Shown here one piece after another: positions 32,199 through 42,737 of a stretch of 64,000 nucleotides of DNA. The translations under genes and the position numbers were made by a program. This DNA comes from an uncultured Candidatus Rokubacteria bacterium. GTDB lineage: Bacteria; Methylomirabilota; Methylomirabilia; Rokubacteriales; CSP1-6. The DNA lies in NCBI GenBank assembly GCA_963747235.1, contig CAVVEU010000017.1, positions 94,127 to 158,126 of the forward strand, read 5' to 3'. Under the pieces are notes generated by a model. That model searched no databases, was not told the origin of the DNA, and saw nothing but the letters and a program-made list of their open reading frames with translations. Each line of letters begins with the position of its first letter. Position 1 is the first letter of the stretch.

Positions 32199-32231
32199 AC
32201 GACAACCACGGCTGAGCGGAGGAGACGTCCA

Positions 32232-33515
32232 ATGAGAATGCGGATCGCCATCCTGGTCGCGCTGCTGTACCTGTCTGGTGCTGTCGTTGCCCAAGCCCAG
32301 AGCCTGCCGGTTGCCACGCCCGAGCAGGTCGGGCTATCGACCGAGCGGCTCAACAAGATCACGGCGACGCTCCGCGCTGATGTCGAGAAGGGGGTCATTC
32401 CGGGAGCGATCCTGCTGGTTGGTCGCCACGGCAAGGTCGCCTTGTTCGACGCGGTCGGGGTGCGCGATCCGGCGACCAAGGCCCCGATGACGAAGGACTC
32501 GATCTTCCGCATCTACTCGATGAGCAAGCCGATCACCTCGGTGGCGGCGATGCTCCTCTTCGAGGACGGCAAGTTCTCTCTGGCCGACCCCGTCTCGAAG
32601 TACATCCCGCAGCTGGGCGGCCTCAAGGTCGGCGTCGAGAAGCCCGATCCCAGTGGCGGCAAGCCCAGCCTCGAGCTGGTACCGGCCAGGCGTGACATGA
32701 CCATCCAGGATCTCTTTCGCCACACCTCAGGCCTGACCTATGGCTTCTTCGGCGAGGGCATCGTGAAGAAGATGTACGCCGAGACGAAGGTCTGGAACGA
32801 CTACCCCTCCAACGCCGAGCTGGTCGACCGTCTCGCCAAGCTGCCGCTGGCGTATCAACCGGGCACCACGTGGGACTACAGCCACTCGACCGACGTGCTC
32901 GGGCGAGTCATCGAAGTGATCTCGAGCAAATCGCTCTATCAATTCGAGAAAGAGCGCCTCCTGGACCCGCTCGGCCTGAAGGACACGAGCTTCTACGTGA
33001 GCGACAAGAGCAAGCAGGATCGGATCGCCGAGGCGTTCCCGAACGACCGGACCTTTGGCGTCGATGCCGACTTCAACGACCCGCGCGTCGTACAGAAGTG
33101 GGAGTCTGGCGGCGGCGGCATGGTCAGCACGGCCATGGACTATGCGCGCTTCCTCCAGATGTTGCTCAACGGCGGCGCGCTCGACGGCAAGCGGATCCTG
33201 GGCCCGAAGACCGTGGCGTACATGACCGCCGACCACCTTGGCCCCGCGATCGCGCCGGGCCGCTACTACCTGCCGGGCGCCGGGTTCGCTTTCGGGCTCG
33301 GCTTCGCGGTGCGGAAGGATGCCGGCGTGTCGCCCTATGCCGGGTCGGTCGGTGAGCTCAACTGGGGTGGGGCCGGCGGCACCTACTTCTGGGTCGACCC
33401 GAAGGAGGACCTGTTCGTGGTCTTCATGATGCAATCACCCAAGCAGCGCGTCTACTATCGCAGCGTGCTCAAGGACATGATCTACGCGGCGGTCGTGAAG
33501 CCCGCCGCAAGATAG
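32232..33515 (+). CDS. Secreted serine hydrolase, beta-lactamase/EstB-like family
   Basis: Signal peptide; YSMSK (SxxK), HTSG, WDYS, WGGAGGT. Confidence 0.9.
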   Translation: MRMRIAILVALLYLSGAVVAQAQSLPVATPEQVGLSTERLNKITATLRADVEKGVIPGAILLVGRHGKVALFDAVGVRDPATKAPMTKDSIFRIYSMSKPITSVAAMLLFEDGKFSLADPVSKYIPQLGGLKVGVEKPDPSGGKPSLELVPARRDMTIQDLFRHTSGLTYGFFGEGIVKKMYAETKVWNDYPSNAELVDRLAKLPLAYQPGTTWDYSHSTDVLGRVIEVISSKSLYQFEKERLLDPLGLKDTSFYVSDKSKQDRIAEAFPNDRTFGVDADFNDPRVVQKWESGGGGMVSTAMDYARFLQMLLNGGALDGKRILGPKTVAYMTADHLGPAIAPGRYYLPGAGFAFGLGFAVRKDAGVSPYAGSVGELNWGGAGGTYFWVDPKEDLFVVFMMQSPKQRVYYRSVLKDMIYAAVVKPAAR

Positions 33516-33567
33516 AGAACGCACGAGTGGGGGCGGGAGTCGCGCCCCTTGCTTCGATGAATCCCAG

Positions 33568-34445
33568 TCACGGCCTCGCGGTCTCGAACGTATTGCATTT
33601 GTTCACGGCGCCGGTGTCGAGCCCGGTGCGGAGCCATCGCACGCGCTGGGCAGAGGAGCCGTGCGTGAAGGATTCGGGCGACACGCGGCCGCGCGACTGC
33701 TGCTGGAGCCGGTCGTCTCCGATGGCGGCCGCGGCCGCGAGCCCGGCTTCGACGTCGCCCGGGTCGAGCAGGTTCCGCTGCTTGGCGTGGTGGCCCCACA
33801 CCCCGGCAAAGCAGTCCGCCTGCAGCTCCAGGAGGACGGAGAGCGCATTGTTCTTCGCCTCGGACGTGCGGCCGCGCTGCTGGGTCAGCTTCTCCGTGAT
33901 GCCGAGCTGGTTCTGCACGTGATGGCCCACCTCGTGCGCGATCACGTAGGCGCGAGCGAACTCGCCCGGCGCCCCGAACCGCTTCGACAGGTCCTCCAGG
34001 AACGAGCGGTCGAGATAGACCCGGTCGTCGGACGGGCAGTAGAAGGGCCCGACGGCGGAGCTGGCCAGGCCACAGGCCGAGTCGACCGCGCCCCGGAACA
34101 GCACGAGCTTCGGCGGGCGGTATTCGCGGCCCATCCCCTTGAAGACGGTGCTCCAGGTGTCCTCCGTGTCGCCCAGGACCCGGGCAATGAAGTCCTTGGT
34201 CTCGTCGCGTCCTTCCGGGCCAGGGGTCGACGGAGGCGGCGCGCTCGGGTCGGCGCCGGGGCCGAGTCGCCGCCCTGGAGTGATACCAGGACATCGAGCG
34301 GGTTGAGCCCCAGGAACCAGCTGATCGCCAGCACCGCGACCAGGCCCACGCCACCCAGCTTGAATCCTCCGCCGAGCCCGCGGGCCGGTCCGGCGGACTC
34401 CTGGTCCTCTACATTGTCGCTACCCCGCATGTTTCCCCAGCGCAC
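33568..34445 (-). CDS. YpfJ-like neutral zinc metallopeptidase (frameshift near 34230)
   Basis: GPFYCP, AHEVGHHVQ, ELQADC, FTHGSS. Confidence 0.9.
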
Positions 34446-34446
34446 G

Positions 34447-35028
34447 TCAGGAGGCCCCTGGGCTCTTGAGCCGGCGAACCAGCTCCTCGTACGAGGTCGT
34501 CCGGATGACCCGGTCGAACTGAGATCGATAGCTCGCGATGAGGCTGACGTTCTCGATGAGGACGTCGTAGATGAGCCAGCGATCCGCCCGCTGCAGCAGA
34601 CGCGACTCGACGGGGACCTGCGTCCCGTTCTTGGTCACGATCAGCGCCCGCACGATCGCGCGGTCGCCGTCGATCTTCTCACTCACGTACTTGATCTGCT
34701 CGCCGCCGTATTCGCCGATCCGGGAGAGGTACCCCCGCTCCAGGAGATTCCGGAACAACTCGACAAACTCCACGCGCTCCGTCGCCGTGCGCTGCTGCCA
34801 GTGGAGCCCGAGGGCGCGCTTGGCGGTCTCCGTCAGGTCGAACGCCTGGTCGGCGACCGTGCGCACCGCGGCCAGACGCGCCTCGGCCGTCAGCGCCGGG
34901 TTCTGCAAGGTCTTCATCACCTGATCGGTATACGCGTGCAGCTGCTCGGTCGGCGGACCCGCCCACGCGTACCCCCCAAGGCTCAGCGTCATGACGACCG
35001 TGAGCGCCAACCGTCGCGTGACCCTCAT
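34447..35028 (-). CDS. MlaC/Ttg2D-like periplasmic lipid-binding protein
   Basis: AKRALGLHW, WLIYDVLIENVSLIASYRSQF. Confidence 0.85.
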   Translation of the reverse strand: MRVTRRLALTVVMTLSLGGYAWAGPPTEQLHAYTDQVMKTLQNPALTAEARLAAVRTVADQAFDLTETAKRALGLHWQQRTATERVEFVELFRNLLERGYLSRIGEYGGEQIKYVSEKIDGDRAIVRALIVTKNGTQVPVESRLLQRADRWLIYDVLIENVSLIASYRSQFDRVIRTTSYEELVRRLKSPGAS

Positions 35029-35092
35029 GTTCTCGCGAGGGTAGCCCGCGTGATCCCGCCCGTCCATTGGACCTTGGTCCCTGGGGACGTCG

Positions 35093-35908
35093 TCAGTGCT
35101 TCCAGGCGAGGTACCACTCGGTGACATCGCTCCCGAGTCCCAGCCGGGCAAGCTGGCGCAGATCCACCTCCAGCACTTCGGGCGTGCTGAACTCCAGGAT
35201 GCGGAATCGTGGATCCGTCCAGACGCGCCGTGTGCGACCCCAGACCTTCACTTCCGGTGGCAACGTGAGGTGAATGCGATGGGTCAGGTTGATGCCCGCC
35301 AGGGCCACGACCTCGGCCACCATATCGGTGCAGTTGTTGGTCCTCACGCCGAACTGGTCGTACGTCCGCTGCATCACGTATTCATACATCTGTTGATACC
35401 GTCGTTCGGTAATCGGCATCCTCCAGACGAACGTGGGGGGGCGCGGGGGCTTGCCGACCTGGAACTGGCCATCGGACATCGTCTGCCACAGATACCCGAT
35501 GGGATCGGGATCCCCAGCCCGTATCCTCTGTGAGACGCCTTCATGGTAACGCGGCTTCTCGATCCCGAAATCGCCGGTGTGGCCGAATTCCAGCCGACTC
35601 CGGGGACTCTCCAGGATGATCCACGCATGCCCCCACGGACGCAGCCAGATTGACAAGGCCAGTGCGGTCGGGCTGCTGAAGTCCCAGTTGGCCGCTTCGG
35701 TCAGGATATACAGGGCATATCCGTCGTCCCCCACGGGCGTTCCGGTCGCGGGCTCCAGGTCGGCATCGGGAGCAAAGCGCGACATGCTCACGATCGGCTG
35801 GGCACTCCAGCCATCGGGTTGCATCGGAGCATGGAGCCGGCCGGCACAGCCGGCCGCACTCCCCATCGCCAGCATCACCATCGCGAGCAGACACGCTCGA
35901 TAGCTCAC
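35093..35908 (-). CDS. Lipoprotein with a permuted papain-like (His...NNC) catalytic pattern
   Basis: Lipobox-like AAGC; WGHAWIILE..GHTG..YDQFGVRTNNCTD. Confidence 0.55.
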   Translation of the reverse strand: MSYRACLLAMVMLAMGSAAGCAGRLHAPMQPDGWSAQPIVSMSRFAPDADLEPATGTPVGDDGYALYILTEAANWDFSSPTALALSIWLRPWGHAWIILESPRSRLEFGHTGDFGIEKPRYHEGVSQRIRAGDPDPIGYLWQTMSDGQFQVGKPPRPPTFVWRMPITERRYQQMYEYVMQRTYDQFGVRTNNCTDMVAEVVALAGINLTHRIHLTLPPEVKVWGRTRRVWTDPRFRILEFSTPEVLEVDLRQLARLGLGSDVTEWYLAWKH

Positions 35909-37077
35909 GGGATCTGTCCCGCCCGGCCGCCGTCGGGGCCGTCAGGATGTGACGTCGGGACGGGGACGGCCGGCCAGAACCCGAGGGATCGAAGGATCCG
36001 CTCGATCAACGCCCGATGCTCGATCAGAAAGCGATCAACCGCCGGCCGACGGTGCTTGAATAAAATGAAGCTCGGGATGGACGTCGCACCCAGATGCGCC
36101 TTGGTGTTCTCCGCGCCCGGGCCCGCCTGATAGAGAGGGATCTTGTGCTCCACACAGTAGCGGACATTTTCGAGCCAGGACAAGAAGTACAGGTTGTACC
36201 GGCGGCCGACCTCGAGATCCATGCAGAAATACTTGTCCACCAGGGCGTCTTGCTTCACAACGAGGAGATTGAACGCGGCCAGCTCTCCGTGCACGAAATA
36301 GAGCGTGTACTCGGCTCCCGGAACCTTCGCGCAGACGTGTTCAAGGAATACGCGGCCGTGGACGCCGAACGCCAGGGGGTGCCGCGCCACGGTGTCCACA
36401 TAGAGCCGGTAGATCCGGTCCAGAAAGGGAGAGATATCGCGGCTGCGCCTCACGGTGACGTCCGGCGAGACGCGCATCTTGCGGTGCAGGTCTTTTCTCG
36501 CGCCCCGGGAAAGCCGGCGCAGGTATTCCTCCAGGCTGTCGAAAGTGATCGCGAGTCGGGCGGAAGGCAGACCGGGCACCCGGTTGAATCCCTTGAAGAC
36601 CTCCGGGGGGAGGTTGCCGTGCTGATTAAAGTTGTAGAATGCCACGATGTCGGTGCTGAGCTCGGTCGCGAGCGTGTGCAAGGCGCCCAGGGCCATGGTC
36701 CATGCCGCCTCGAGGGTGTCTGCCTCCATCTGAGGATCGATCCCGATTTCACTCCATTCTCCGACCAGCAACCCCACCCCTAGAATACGCGGCTGGAAGA
36801 TCGTGGGGACGAGACGGCCCGCCACGTTGAGTGATCGCTTGATCCATCCGTCCGCAAACGTGGACAGATCAAACCGGGTTTCAAACAATGGCAGGAGGAG
36901 AATGGGGGCCGCATCTTTCGAGACGACGATACTGCGCAGGCCAAATCCCTCGATGCCCGACTCTTGCAGCAGAGGAAGCAGCGCGGCGGTGCTGGACGGC
37001 TCCGGAAAAAGCCGTCCAAGGTCCGCTGCCGACACTCCGTCTAGCCCGAGCACGCAATTGCAGGTCAGGCTATTCAT
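35905..37077 (-). CDS. GNAT/FemAB-like transferase
   Basis: FDSLEEYLRRLSRGARKDLHRK, IYRLY, YNLYFLSWLENV, KAHLGA. Confidence 0.75.
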   Translation of the reverse strand: MNSLTCNCVLGLDGVSAADLGRLFPEPSSTAALLPLLQESGIEGFGLRSIVVSKDAAPILLLPLFETRFDLSTFADGWIKRSLNVAGRLVPTIFQPRILGVGLLVGEWSEIGIDPQMEADTLEAAWTMALGALHTLATELSTDIVAFYNFNQHGNLPPEVFKGFNRVPGLPSARLAITFDSLEEYLRRLSRGARKDLHRKMRVSPDVTVRRSRDISPFLDRIYRLYVDTVARHPLAFGVHGRVFLEHVCAKVPGAEYTLYFVHGELAAFNLLVVKQDALVDKYFCMDLEVGRRYNLYFLSWLENVRYCVEHKIPLYQAGPGAENTKAHLGATSIPSFILFKHRRPAVDRFLIEHRALIERILRSLGFWPAVPVPTSHPDGPDGGRAGQIP

Positions 37078-37127
37078 GGCCGGGCGGGCGTGATCATCGG
37101 GACGGGTTCGGGGGCGTGGGAGGCGTG

Positions 37128-38030
37128 ATGCGCCTCATGCCGAGTCTCCGAGACTGGAGAGCCCCGGATCTCATCACGGCCGTCTACCTCGCAGGCCTCA
37201 TCGGTCTCGTGCTGGCGGGGCGAGAGCACATCACCGACTGGCGCTGGCTGCTGGCGAGATATGCCTTCCTCCTGATCCTGCAGGGGGCTGTGACCGCCCG
37301 GAGAGGCCGTGGTCTCCCCGGGGTCGTGGCCGCGTTCTTCCCGTTGGTCCCGGTGCTGGGAATCTACGACTCCTTGCGCCTCATCCCGCAGCTGAACGCC
37401 GGCGACTGGGACAGCTTCTTGATTGCGATCGACCGGGCCGTCCTGGGCGGCGACCCGAGCCTCTGGCTCGAGCGAATCAGCATGCCCTGGCTCACCGAGC
37501 TCCTCCAGCTTGCGTACCTGGTGTACTACGTCCTCCCCTTCGTGTTGCTCGGCACCCTGTACTCCCGGCCGCCCCGCGGACCCGGAGGGCCCTTCGAGCT
37601 GTGCGTCGTGGCTCTCCTCCTGTCACACTATCTCGCATTCATCGGCAACATGACGATCCCGGCGTTCGGGCCCCGATTCGCTCTGGCGGCCGCGTACCGA
37701 CAGGAGCTCACCGGTCTCTTCGTCGCCGAACCGATCCGGGATCTCCTCGATGCCTTGCAGGGACTGCAGCGCGACGCCTTCCCCAGCGGCCACGTCTCCG
37801 CGGCCCTGGTCAGCCTTCACTACATGTTTCGATTCACACCCCGCCTGGCCTGGTGCGCCCTGCCGGCGGTCTCGCTCATGATCGTTGCGACACTGTACCT
37901 CCGCTACCACTATGGTGTCGATCTCCTGGCAGGCGGGCTGCTCGCCGCCCTCTGCATCCTTCTGGCGCCGCGCCTCCTTCGTCACGCGCATCCCGGCTCC
38001 CGGGGATGCCCTACAATCCCCTTACCATGA
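37128..38030 (+). CDS. PAP2-superfamily membrane phosphotransferase (AUR1/IPC-synthase-like)
   Basis: PAFGPR, DAFPSGH, LYLRYHYGVD; multiple TM segments. Confidence 0.8.
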   Translation: MRLMPSLRDWRAPDLITAVYLAGLIGLVLAGREHITDWRWLLARYAFLLILQGAVTARRGRGLPGVVAAFFPLVPVLGIYDSLRLIPQLNAGDWDSFLIAIDRAVLGGDPSLWLERISMPWLTELLQLAYLVYYVLPFVLLGTLYSRPPRGPGGPFELCVVALLLSHYLAFIGNMTIPAFGPRFALAAAYRQELTGLFVAEPIRDLLDALQGLQRDAFPSGHVSAALVSLHYMFRFTPRLAWCALPAVSLMIVATLYLRYHYGVDLLAGGLLAALCILLAPRLLRHAHPGSRGCPTIPLP

Positions 38031-39136
38031 ACCCGCGCGTCGTCGGCGCACATCTCGTCGTCTGCATCAAGAGCTTCTACCGGGAGAAGGCCGCGGTATT
38101 CTTCACGATCGCGTTCCCGATCATCTTGATCCTCATCTTCGGCACGCTCTTCCTGGACCAGGACAAGCCGAGCTTCGATCTTCACGTGCAGGACCTCGAC
38201 CAGACGCCTGCGTCCGCCGCGCTCGTCAGGACGCTTGCGCTCGACGGGAGATTCCAGATCGTCCCGGTCGACCCGACCCTCGTGGCTGCGCAATACGCCA
38301 AGGACACGACGCTGGACCTCGTCCTGGTGATCCCCTCGGGCTACCAGCGGGCGTTCGCCCAGCGGCTGGGGTTGATCGCCGACGCATCGGTGACGGTCAC
38401 GTACGTCTACAACGCGAGCTCGATCTCGGTATTCCCGAAGATGCAGATGCTCCAGTCCGCGCTCGGGGTGGTGAACCAGGGGATGCCCGGCCCGCCGTTC
38501 ATCAGGTCGGCCGACACGTCGATTCTCGCCAGGAAGTTCCGGTTCATCGAGTTCTTCGTTCCCGGGATCATCGCGATGGCGGTGATGACGTCGAGTCTGG
38601 CCGGCGCGGTGAGCATGAACGCGGAGCTGCGGCAGATGGGGGTCATCCGGAAGCTGGCGACCACTCCCACCACCCGGAGCGAGTGGATCCTGTCGAACAT
38701 CCTGTACCAGGCGATCCTCGCGGTCGTCTCCGCGACGGCGATCTTGCTGGTCAGCTACGCCGTGTTCAACGTGCGCCTGCGGATCGACGCCTGGCTCCCC
38801 ACCTTCATCCTGCTCGAGGTGTTCGCGTTCGCCGGAATCGGGATGATTCTCACCCGCGTCGCGCAGGAGGCGGAGAGCGCGCTGGCGGCGGCCAACGCCA
38901 TCATGTACCCGATGATGTTCCTCTCGGGGAGCTTCTTCCCGCTCGAGATGATGCCGGGCGTTCTGCAGAAGATCGCGCGGATCCTGCCTCTGTACTACGC
39001 CAACGAAGGACTCCGGGCGGCGATGGTATTTGCCGACACACCGACCGCGCTGCGTTGTGCCGCGGTCATCGGAGTGTTCGCGGCGGCGGTGTTCGTCGTG
39101 GGCACCATGACCACCACATGGGAAGAGGGCAAATGA
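38027..39136 (+). CDS. ABC-2 type exporter permease
   Basis: FFVPGIIAM, IRKLATTP, MFLSGSFFP, PLYY. Confidence 0.88.
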   Translation: MNPRVVGAHLVVCIKSFYREKAAVFFTIAFPIILILIFGTLFLDQDKPSFDLHVQDLDQTPASAALVRTLALDGRFQIVPVDPTLVAAQYAKDTTLDLVLVIPSGYQRAFAQRLGLIADASVTVTYVYNASSISVFPKMQMLQSALGVVNQGMPGPPFIRSADTSILARKFRFIEFFVPGIIAMAVMTSSLAGAVSMNAELRQMGVIRKLATTPTTRSEWILSNILYQAILAVVSATAILLVSYAVFNVRLRIDAWLPTFILLEVFAFAGIGMILTRVAQEAESALAAANAIMYPMMFLSGSFFPLEMMPGVLQKIARILPLYYANEGLRAAMVFADTPTALRCAAVIGVFAAAVFVVGTMTTTWEEGK

Positions 39137-39203
39137 GACCAAAGGCCACTGGGCGCGCAGAATCCCCGTCGCTAGACTGAAGAGGTGTCAGCTCAACTGA
39201 CTC

Positions 39204-39983
39204 CTACTGCTTGCCAGGAGTGACGACCAGCGCGTTTGGCACCCCCCATCCGCCGGGTAGCGACAGCGCCAGGGCGGGGAGCTTCACCACGAGCTGTGTC
39301 GACGGGCCTCCATCGAGATTGAGGGCATCCCTGCACCCGAGCCCACCCTGGTCAGGCGGATCGGCAAGGAAGCGTGCGAACGCGGTGGCTTCGGCTCTTG
39401 TCGAAACGACGAGAACGACGATATTTCCCCCGGCGCACGCCGCGGTCCGCTCGGCGATCTGAGGTTTTAGCTGCTGGACCGTTCCCCCGACAAGGAGACG
39501 GGGGATGCCCTGGACGATGAGGCGATGGTCAAGAGGGTCCTGGATGTCGGCGCCGAGCATGATCCGGCCCTGCTTGCCATCAATCACGAGAGCGCCCCAG
39601 TTCCGCCGGTTGCTCAGGGCCATGACTCGTCCTTCGTCGACAGCGAGACCCATCGCACGGCCCTCCTTGTCGAAGAAGCTCGCATTGGCAGCAACGACAA
39701 CGGGATAGGGCGCAACGATCTGCTCTACGGTGCGCCGCAGCGGAGGGTCTCCAGCGGGGATCAGACGGAGCTCTGCCACATCGAGATCGATCTTGAAGGC
39801 GTGGCCTGAGAACGGCTCCGCGTCTGCCGGCCGCACCTTGAAGACCGCGTGTGCGACGCCCAGGGCTACTACCGAAAATCTCGGCGGCTCCGCTCTCACC
39901 GGACTCATCACAGCGCCAGCCACCGCCAAGAGCGCTGCCAAGACGCAGAGAACGAGAATGAACCGGCATTTCATGGACTTCAT
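39204..39983 (-). CDS. Phosphodiester glycosidase (NAGPA/DUF2233) family, secreted
   Basis: NASFF, ERTA, ALNLDGGPST, VPNAL. Confidence 0.8.
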   Translation of the reverse strand: MKSMKCRFILVLCVLAALLAVAGAVMSPVRAEPPRFSVVALGVAHAVFKVRPADAEPFSGHAFKIDLDVAELRLIPAGDPPLRRTVEQIVAPYPVVVAANASFFDKEGRAMGLAVDEGRVMALSNRRNWGALVIDGKQGRIMLGADIQDPLDHRLIVQGIPRLLVGGTVQQLKPQIAERTAACAGGNIVVLVVSTRAEATAFARFLADPPDQGGLGCRDALNLDGGPSTQLVVKLPALALSLPGGWGVPNALVVTPGKQ

Positions 39984-39994
39984 CTTCTCCGTCG

Positions 39995-40768
39995 TTACTG
40001 TGCGGTGTAGCCTCCGTCCACCGGCAGGCAGGCGCCCGTGACGAACGAGGCGTCGTCTGATGCCAGGAACAGCGCCGCCCGTGCGATCTCGTCGGGTTGG
40101 CCGAGCCGGCCCATCGGATGCTTCTCTTCCAGGAACTTCCGGCTCTCCGGCTTGTCGGTCAGGGCCTTCGTGAGGTTGGTGTAGACGAACCCGGGGCACA
40201 GGGCGTTCACCCGCACGCCCTCCCGGGCGAAGTGCACGGCCATGTCCCGGGTGAGCTGGACCACCCCGCCCTTGCTGTGCACGTACGGGTCCAGCCCGGT
40301 CCCGATCTCTCGCGGCCGGCCCACGAGGCCGTAGATCGAGGACAGGTTCACGATCGAGCCGCCACCCTGTTTCACCATCTGGTCCGCAACGGCCCGGCAC
40401 ATGAGAAACGTGCCCTTCATGTTGACGGCCATCACGAAGTCCCAGACCTTCTCCCAGTCCCAGTCGGCCGGCGCGTTCCGGGGGGCCACCCCGGCGCTGT
40501 TCACGAGCACGTCCGCACGTCCGAATCGCTTCACCGTCTCATCGACGAACCGTTGCGAGTCGGGCCGGCTCGTCACGTCGCCCACCATCACCAGCGCCTC
40601 GCCGCCGGCGCTCTTGATCTGGGCGGCCACCGTGTCCAGGTCTGCCGACCGCAGGTCGGCGAGCGCCACCTTCGCGCCCTCGTGCGCGAACACCACGGCC
40701 GTCGCCGCGCCGATGCCCGATGCCGCACCCGTGATCAGCGCCACCTTGTCCCGAAGCCGGTCCGCCAT
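39995..40768 (-). CDS. SDR family oxidoreductase
   Basis: TGAASGIG, YVHSK, NALCPG. Confidence 0.92.
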   Translation of the reverse strand: MADRLRDKVALITGAASGIGAATAVVFAHEGAKVALADLRSADLDTVAAQIKSAGGEALVMVGDVTSRPDSQRFVDETVKRFGRADVLVNSAGVAPRNAPADWDWEKVWDFVMAVNMKGTFLMCRAVADQMVKQGGGSIVNLSSIYGLVGRPREIGTGLDPYVHSKGGVVQLTRDMAVHFAREGVRVNALCPGFVYTNLTKALTDKPESRKFLEEKHPMGRLGQPDEIARAALFLASDDASFVTGACLPVDGGYTAQ

Positions 40769-40884
40769 CTGGAGACCTCCATGGACGTTTTTGGGTGCTT
40801 CACCGTACCACGGCGATGGGGCTGGTCGTGACGCGCCCGCGTGGGCTATTGTGGGGCGATCGTTCTCAGTGCCAAGGGGGCTCG

Positions 40885-41730
40885 ATGGACTTCCGCACCA
40901 TCCGCTACGAAAAGCTCGGCGCCGTGCTGCGCATCACGGCGAACCGGCCCGAGGTGCTCAACGCCCAGAGCCGCGTGATGATCCTCGAGCTCGACGAGGC
41001 ATTCCGCGCGGCGTCGGACGACGACGCGATCCGCGTCATCATCGTGGCGGGCGCCGGGGCGCACTTCTCGGCGGGCCACGACCTCGGCAGCCCGGACGAG
41101 CTCGAGGACCAGAAGGCCCACCCGGTCGGCCCGGGCCTGCCCGAGAACCTCAAGCGACTGTCCGAGCTGTACCTCGAGACCTGCCTGCGCTGGCGCGAGG
41201 TGCCCAAGCCGACCATCGCCCAGGTGCAGGGCTACTGCATCATGGGCGGGCTCATGCTGGCCTCGTGCTGCGACCTCATCATCGCCGCCGAGGACGCGCT
41301 GTTCGCCGACCGGGCGGTGCGCTGGGGCGGCTCGCACGTGCAGTACTTCAGCATGCCGTGGGATCTCGGGCCGCGGAAGGCCAAGGAGTACCTCTTCACC
41401 GGCGACTACATCGACGCGGCCACGGCGCTCGAGCTCGGCCTCGTCAACCGGGTGGTGCCACGCGCCGCGCTGGCCGACGCCACGCTCGAGCTGGCGGGCC
41501 GCATCGCGCTGCAGGATCCCTTCGCGCTGAAGCTCGCCAAGGCGTCGGTGAACGAGACGATGGACATCCAGGGCCAGCGCCGCGCCCTCGAGGCGGCGTT
41601 CAAGAACTACATGCTGACCATCCCGCACCGGCAGGCGCTCGGCACCTACGGCGCGGCGGCGCGGGCCAAGGGCGTGAAGGACCGGATCAAGGTGCGGGAC
41701 GCGAAGTTCGGGGACGCCGCGGGCGGGTGA
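40885..41730 (+). CDS. Enoyl-CoA hydratase/isomerase family protein
   Basis: NRPEVLNA, FSAGHDL, PKPTIAQVQG..GG. Confidence 0.9.
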   Translation: MDFRTIRYEKLGAVLRITANRPEVLNAQSRVMILELDEAFRAASDDDAIRVIIVAGAGAHFSAGHDLGSPDELEDQKAHPVGPGLPENLKRLSELYLETCLRWREVPKPTIAQVQGYCIMGGLMLASCCDLIIAAEDALFADRAVRWGGSHVQYFSMPWDLGPRKAKEYLFTGDYIDAATALELGLVNRVVPRAALADATLELAGRIALQDPFALKLAKASVNETMDIQGQRRALEAAFKNYMLTIPHRQALGTYGAAARAKGVKDRIKVRDAKFGDAAGG

Positions 41731-41732
41731 CT

Positions 41733-41932
41733 GGGAGCCCAGGGCCGATTGGAGGAGGCCACGGCCGAGTGCCTCCGCGCGATCGAGATCGACCCCGACG
41801 ATGCAGCAGGGGAAGCTCGACGAGGCCATCTCCTGGCTGGGGAAGGCCAAGTTCGAGGGCGCCGTGCAGGCGGCTCCGGGCGACGTGCATGCCGCGAAGA
41901 CGCTGCATCAGCTGCGCGGTCAGCTGAACTGA
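41733..41932 (+). pseudogene. Decayed TPR protein remnant
   Basis: Fragments QGRLEEATAECLRAIEIDPD, MQQGKLDEAISWLGKAK and AKTLHQLRGQLN* in shifting frames. Confidence 0.55.
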
Positions 41933-42068
41933 CGTAGCCCTCCGTCACCGGCCTCAGCGCGTGGTCTGCGCCGCCGCGCGAAGCCGAGCCGTCTCCTCCG
42001 GGACGATCTTCCACGTGCGCTCGTCGATCACCACCCCGTACTCCCGCCGCGCGTACGCGGGGCTGATC
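41923..42068. repeat. Direct repeat A1: duplicated hyuB 3' end plus downstream flank (partner 42733..42876)
   Basis: GCTGAACTGACGTAGCCC...TCAGCGCG...CGCGTACGCGGGGCTGATC occurs twice with a few substitutions. Confidence 0.92.
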
Positions 42069-42368
42069 ACGACTACGGAAAAATCAAGGTCGGATATGGT
42101 GGAAGGGGCAGAAGCGCGAGGGATCGAGAGGCGGGCGAGGGAGGCGGGGACACGATGACGAGCAGGACTGACGAGCAATCCGGTCGACGGATCACCCTGC
42201 TCTGCTGGCTCCTTGTCCTCACCATGGCGGCCGCTGCCGAGGGCGCATGGGTGCTGTGGCTTCAGGACCACTGGACTGCTGACGCCCACACCGTAGCCAG
42301 CCCTCGTCCGCATCTCCGCGTGACGTCCAGCGAGGAAATCGCAGTCAGGGGACTGAGCCCCTGTCAGT

Positions 42369-42737
42369 GCGACCCGCATCCTCGTGGTGGACGACCAGGA
42401 AGAGGTGGCCGAGCTGGTACAGGCCGTGCTCATGGATGCCGGGCACGCGGCGGAGGCGGTCTATAGCGGGCAGGCGGCCCTCGACCGGCTGAAGCGGACC
42501 GTGTACGACCTGGTCGTCTGCGATGTGCGGATGCCGGAGGTCGACGGGAGGGCGGTCTCCCGCGCTATCGCGCAGCTGGTGCCCCCACGGCCAGTCGTGC
42601 TCTTCATGACCGGATACGGCGACAGCCCCATCGAATCGGAGTTCCTTCAGACGACCGCCGCTGTCGCCCTCGCCAAACCACTGGGCATCGATGAGCTGCT
42701 TGCCCGCGTCCACGGCGTTCTCCTGGAGCCTCGCTGA
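42369..42737 (+). CDS. Stand-alone response regulator receiver domain, start codon damaged
   Basis: RILVVDD, DLVVCDVRMP, FMTGY, LAKP; in-frame TGA at 42354. Confidence 0.75.
   Translation, partial: ATRILVVDDQEEVAELVQAVLMDAGHAAEAVYSGQAALDRLKRTVYDLVVCDVRMPEVDGRAVSRAIAQLVPPRPVVLFMTGYGDSPIESEFLQTTAAVALAKPLGIDELLARVHGVLLEPR

Noticed and set aside
32232-33515. Beta-lactam resistance gene (also 47603..48956)
   Set aside because: The motif context fits esterase/amidase members of the family; resistance cannot be inferred from the sequence.
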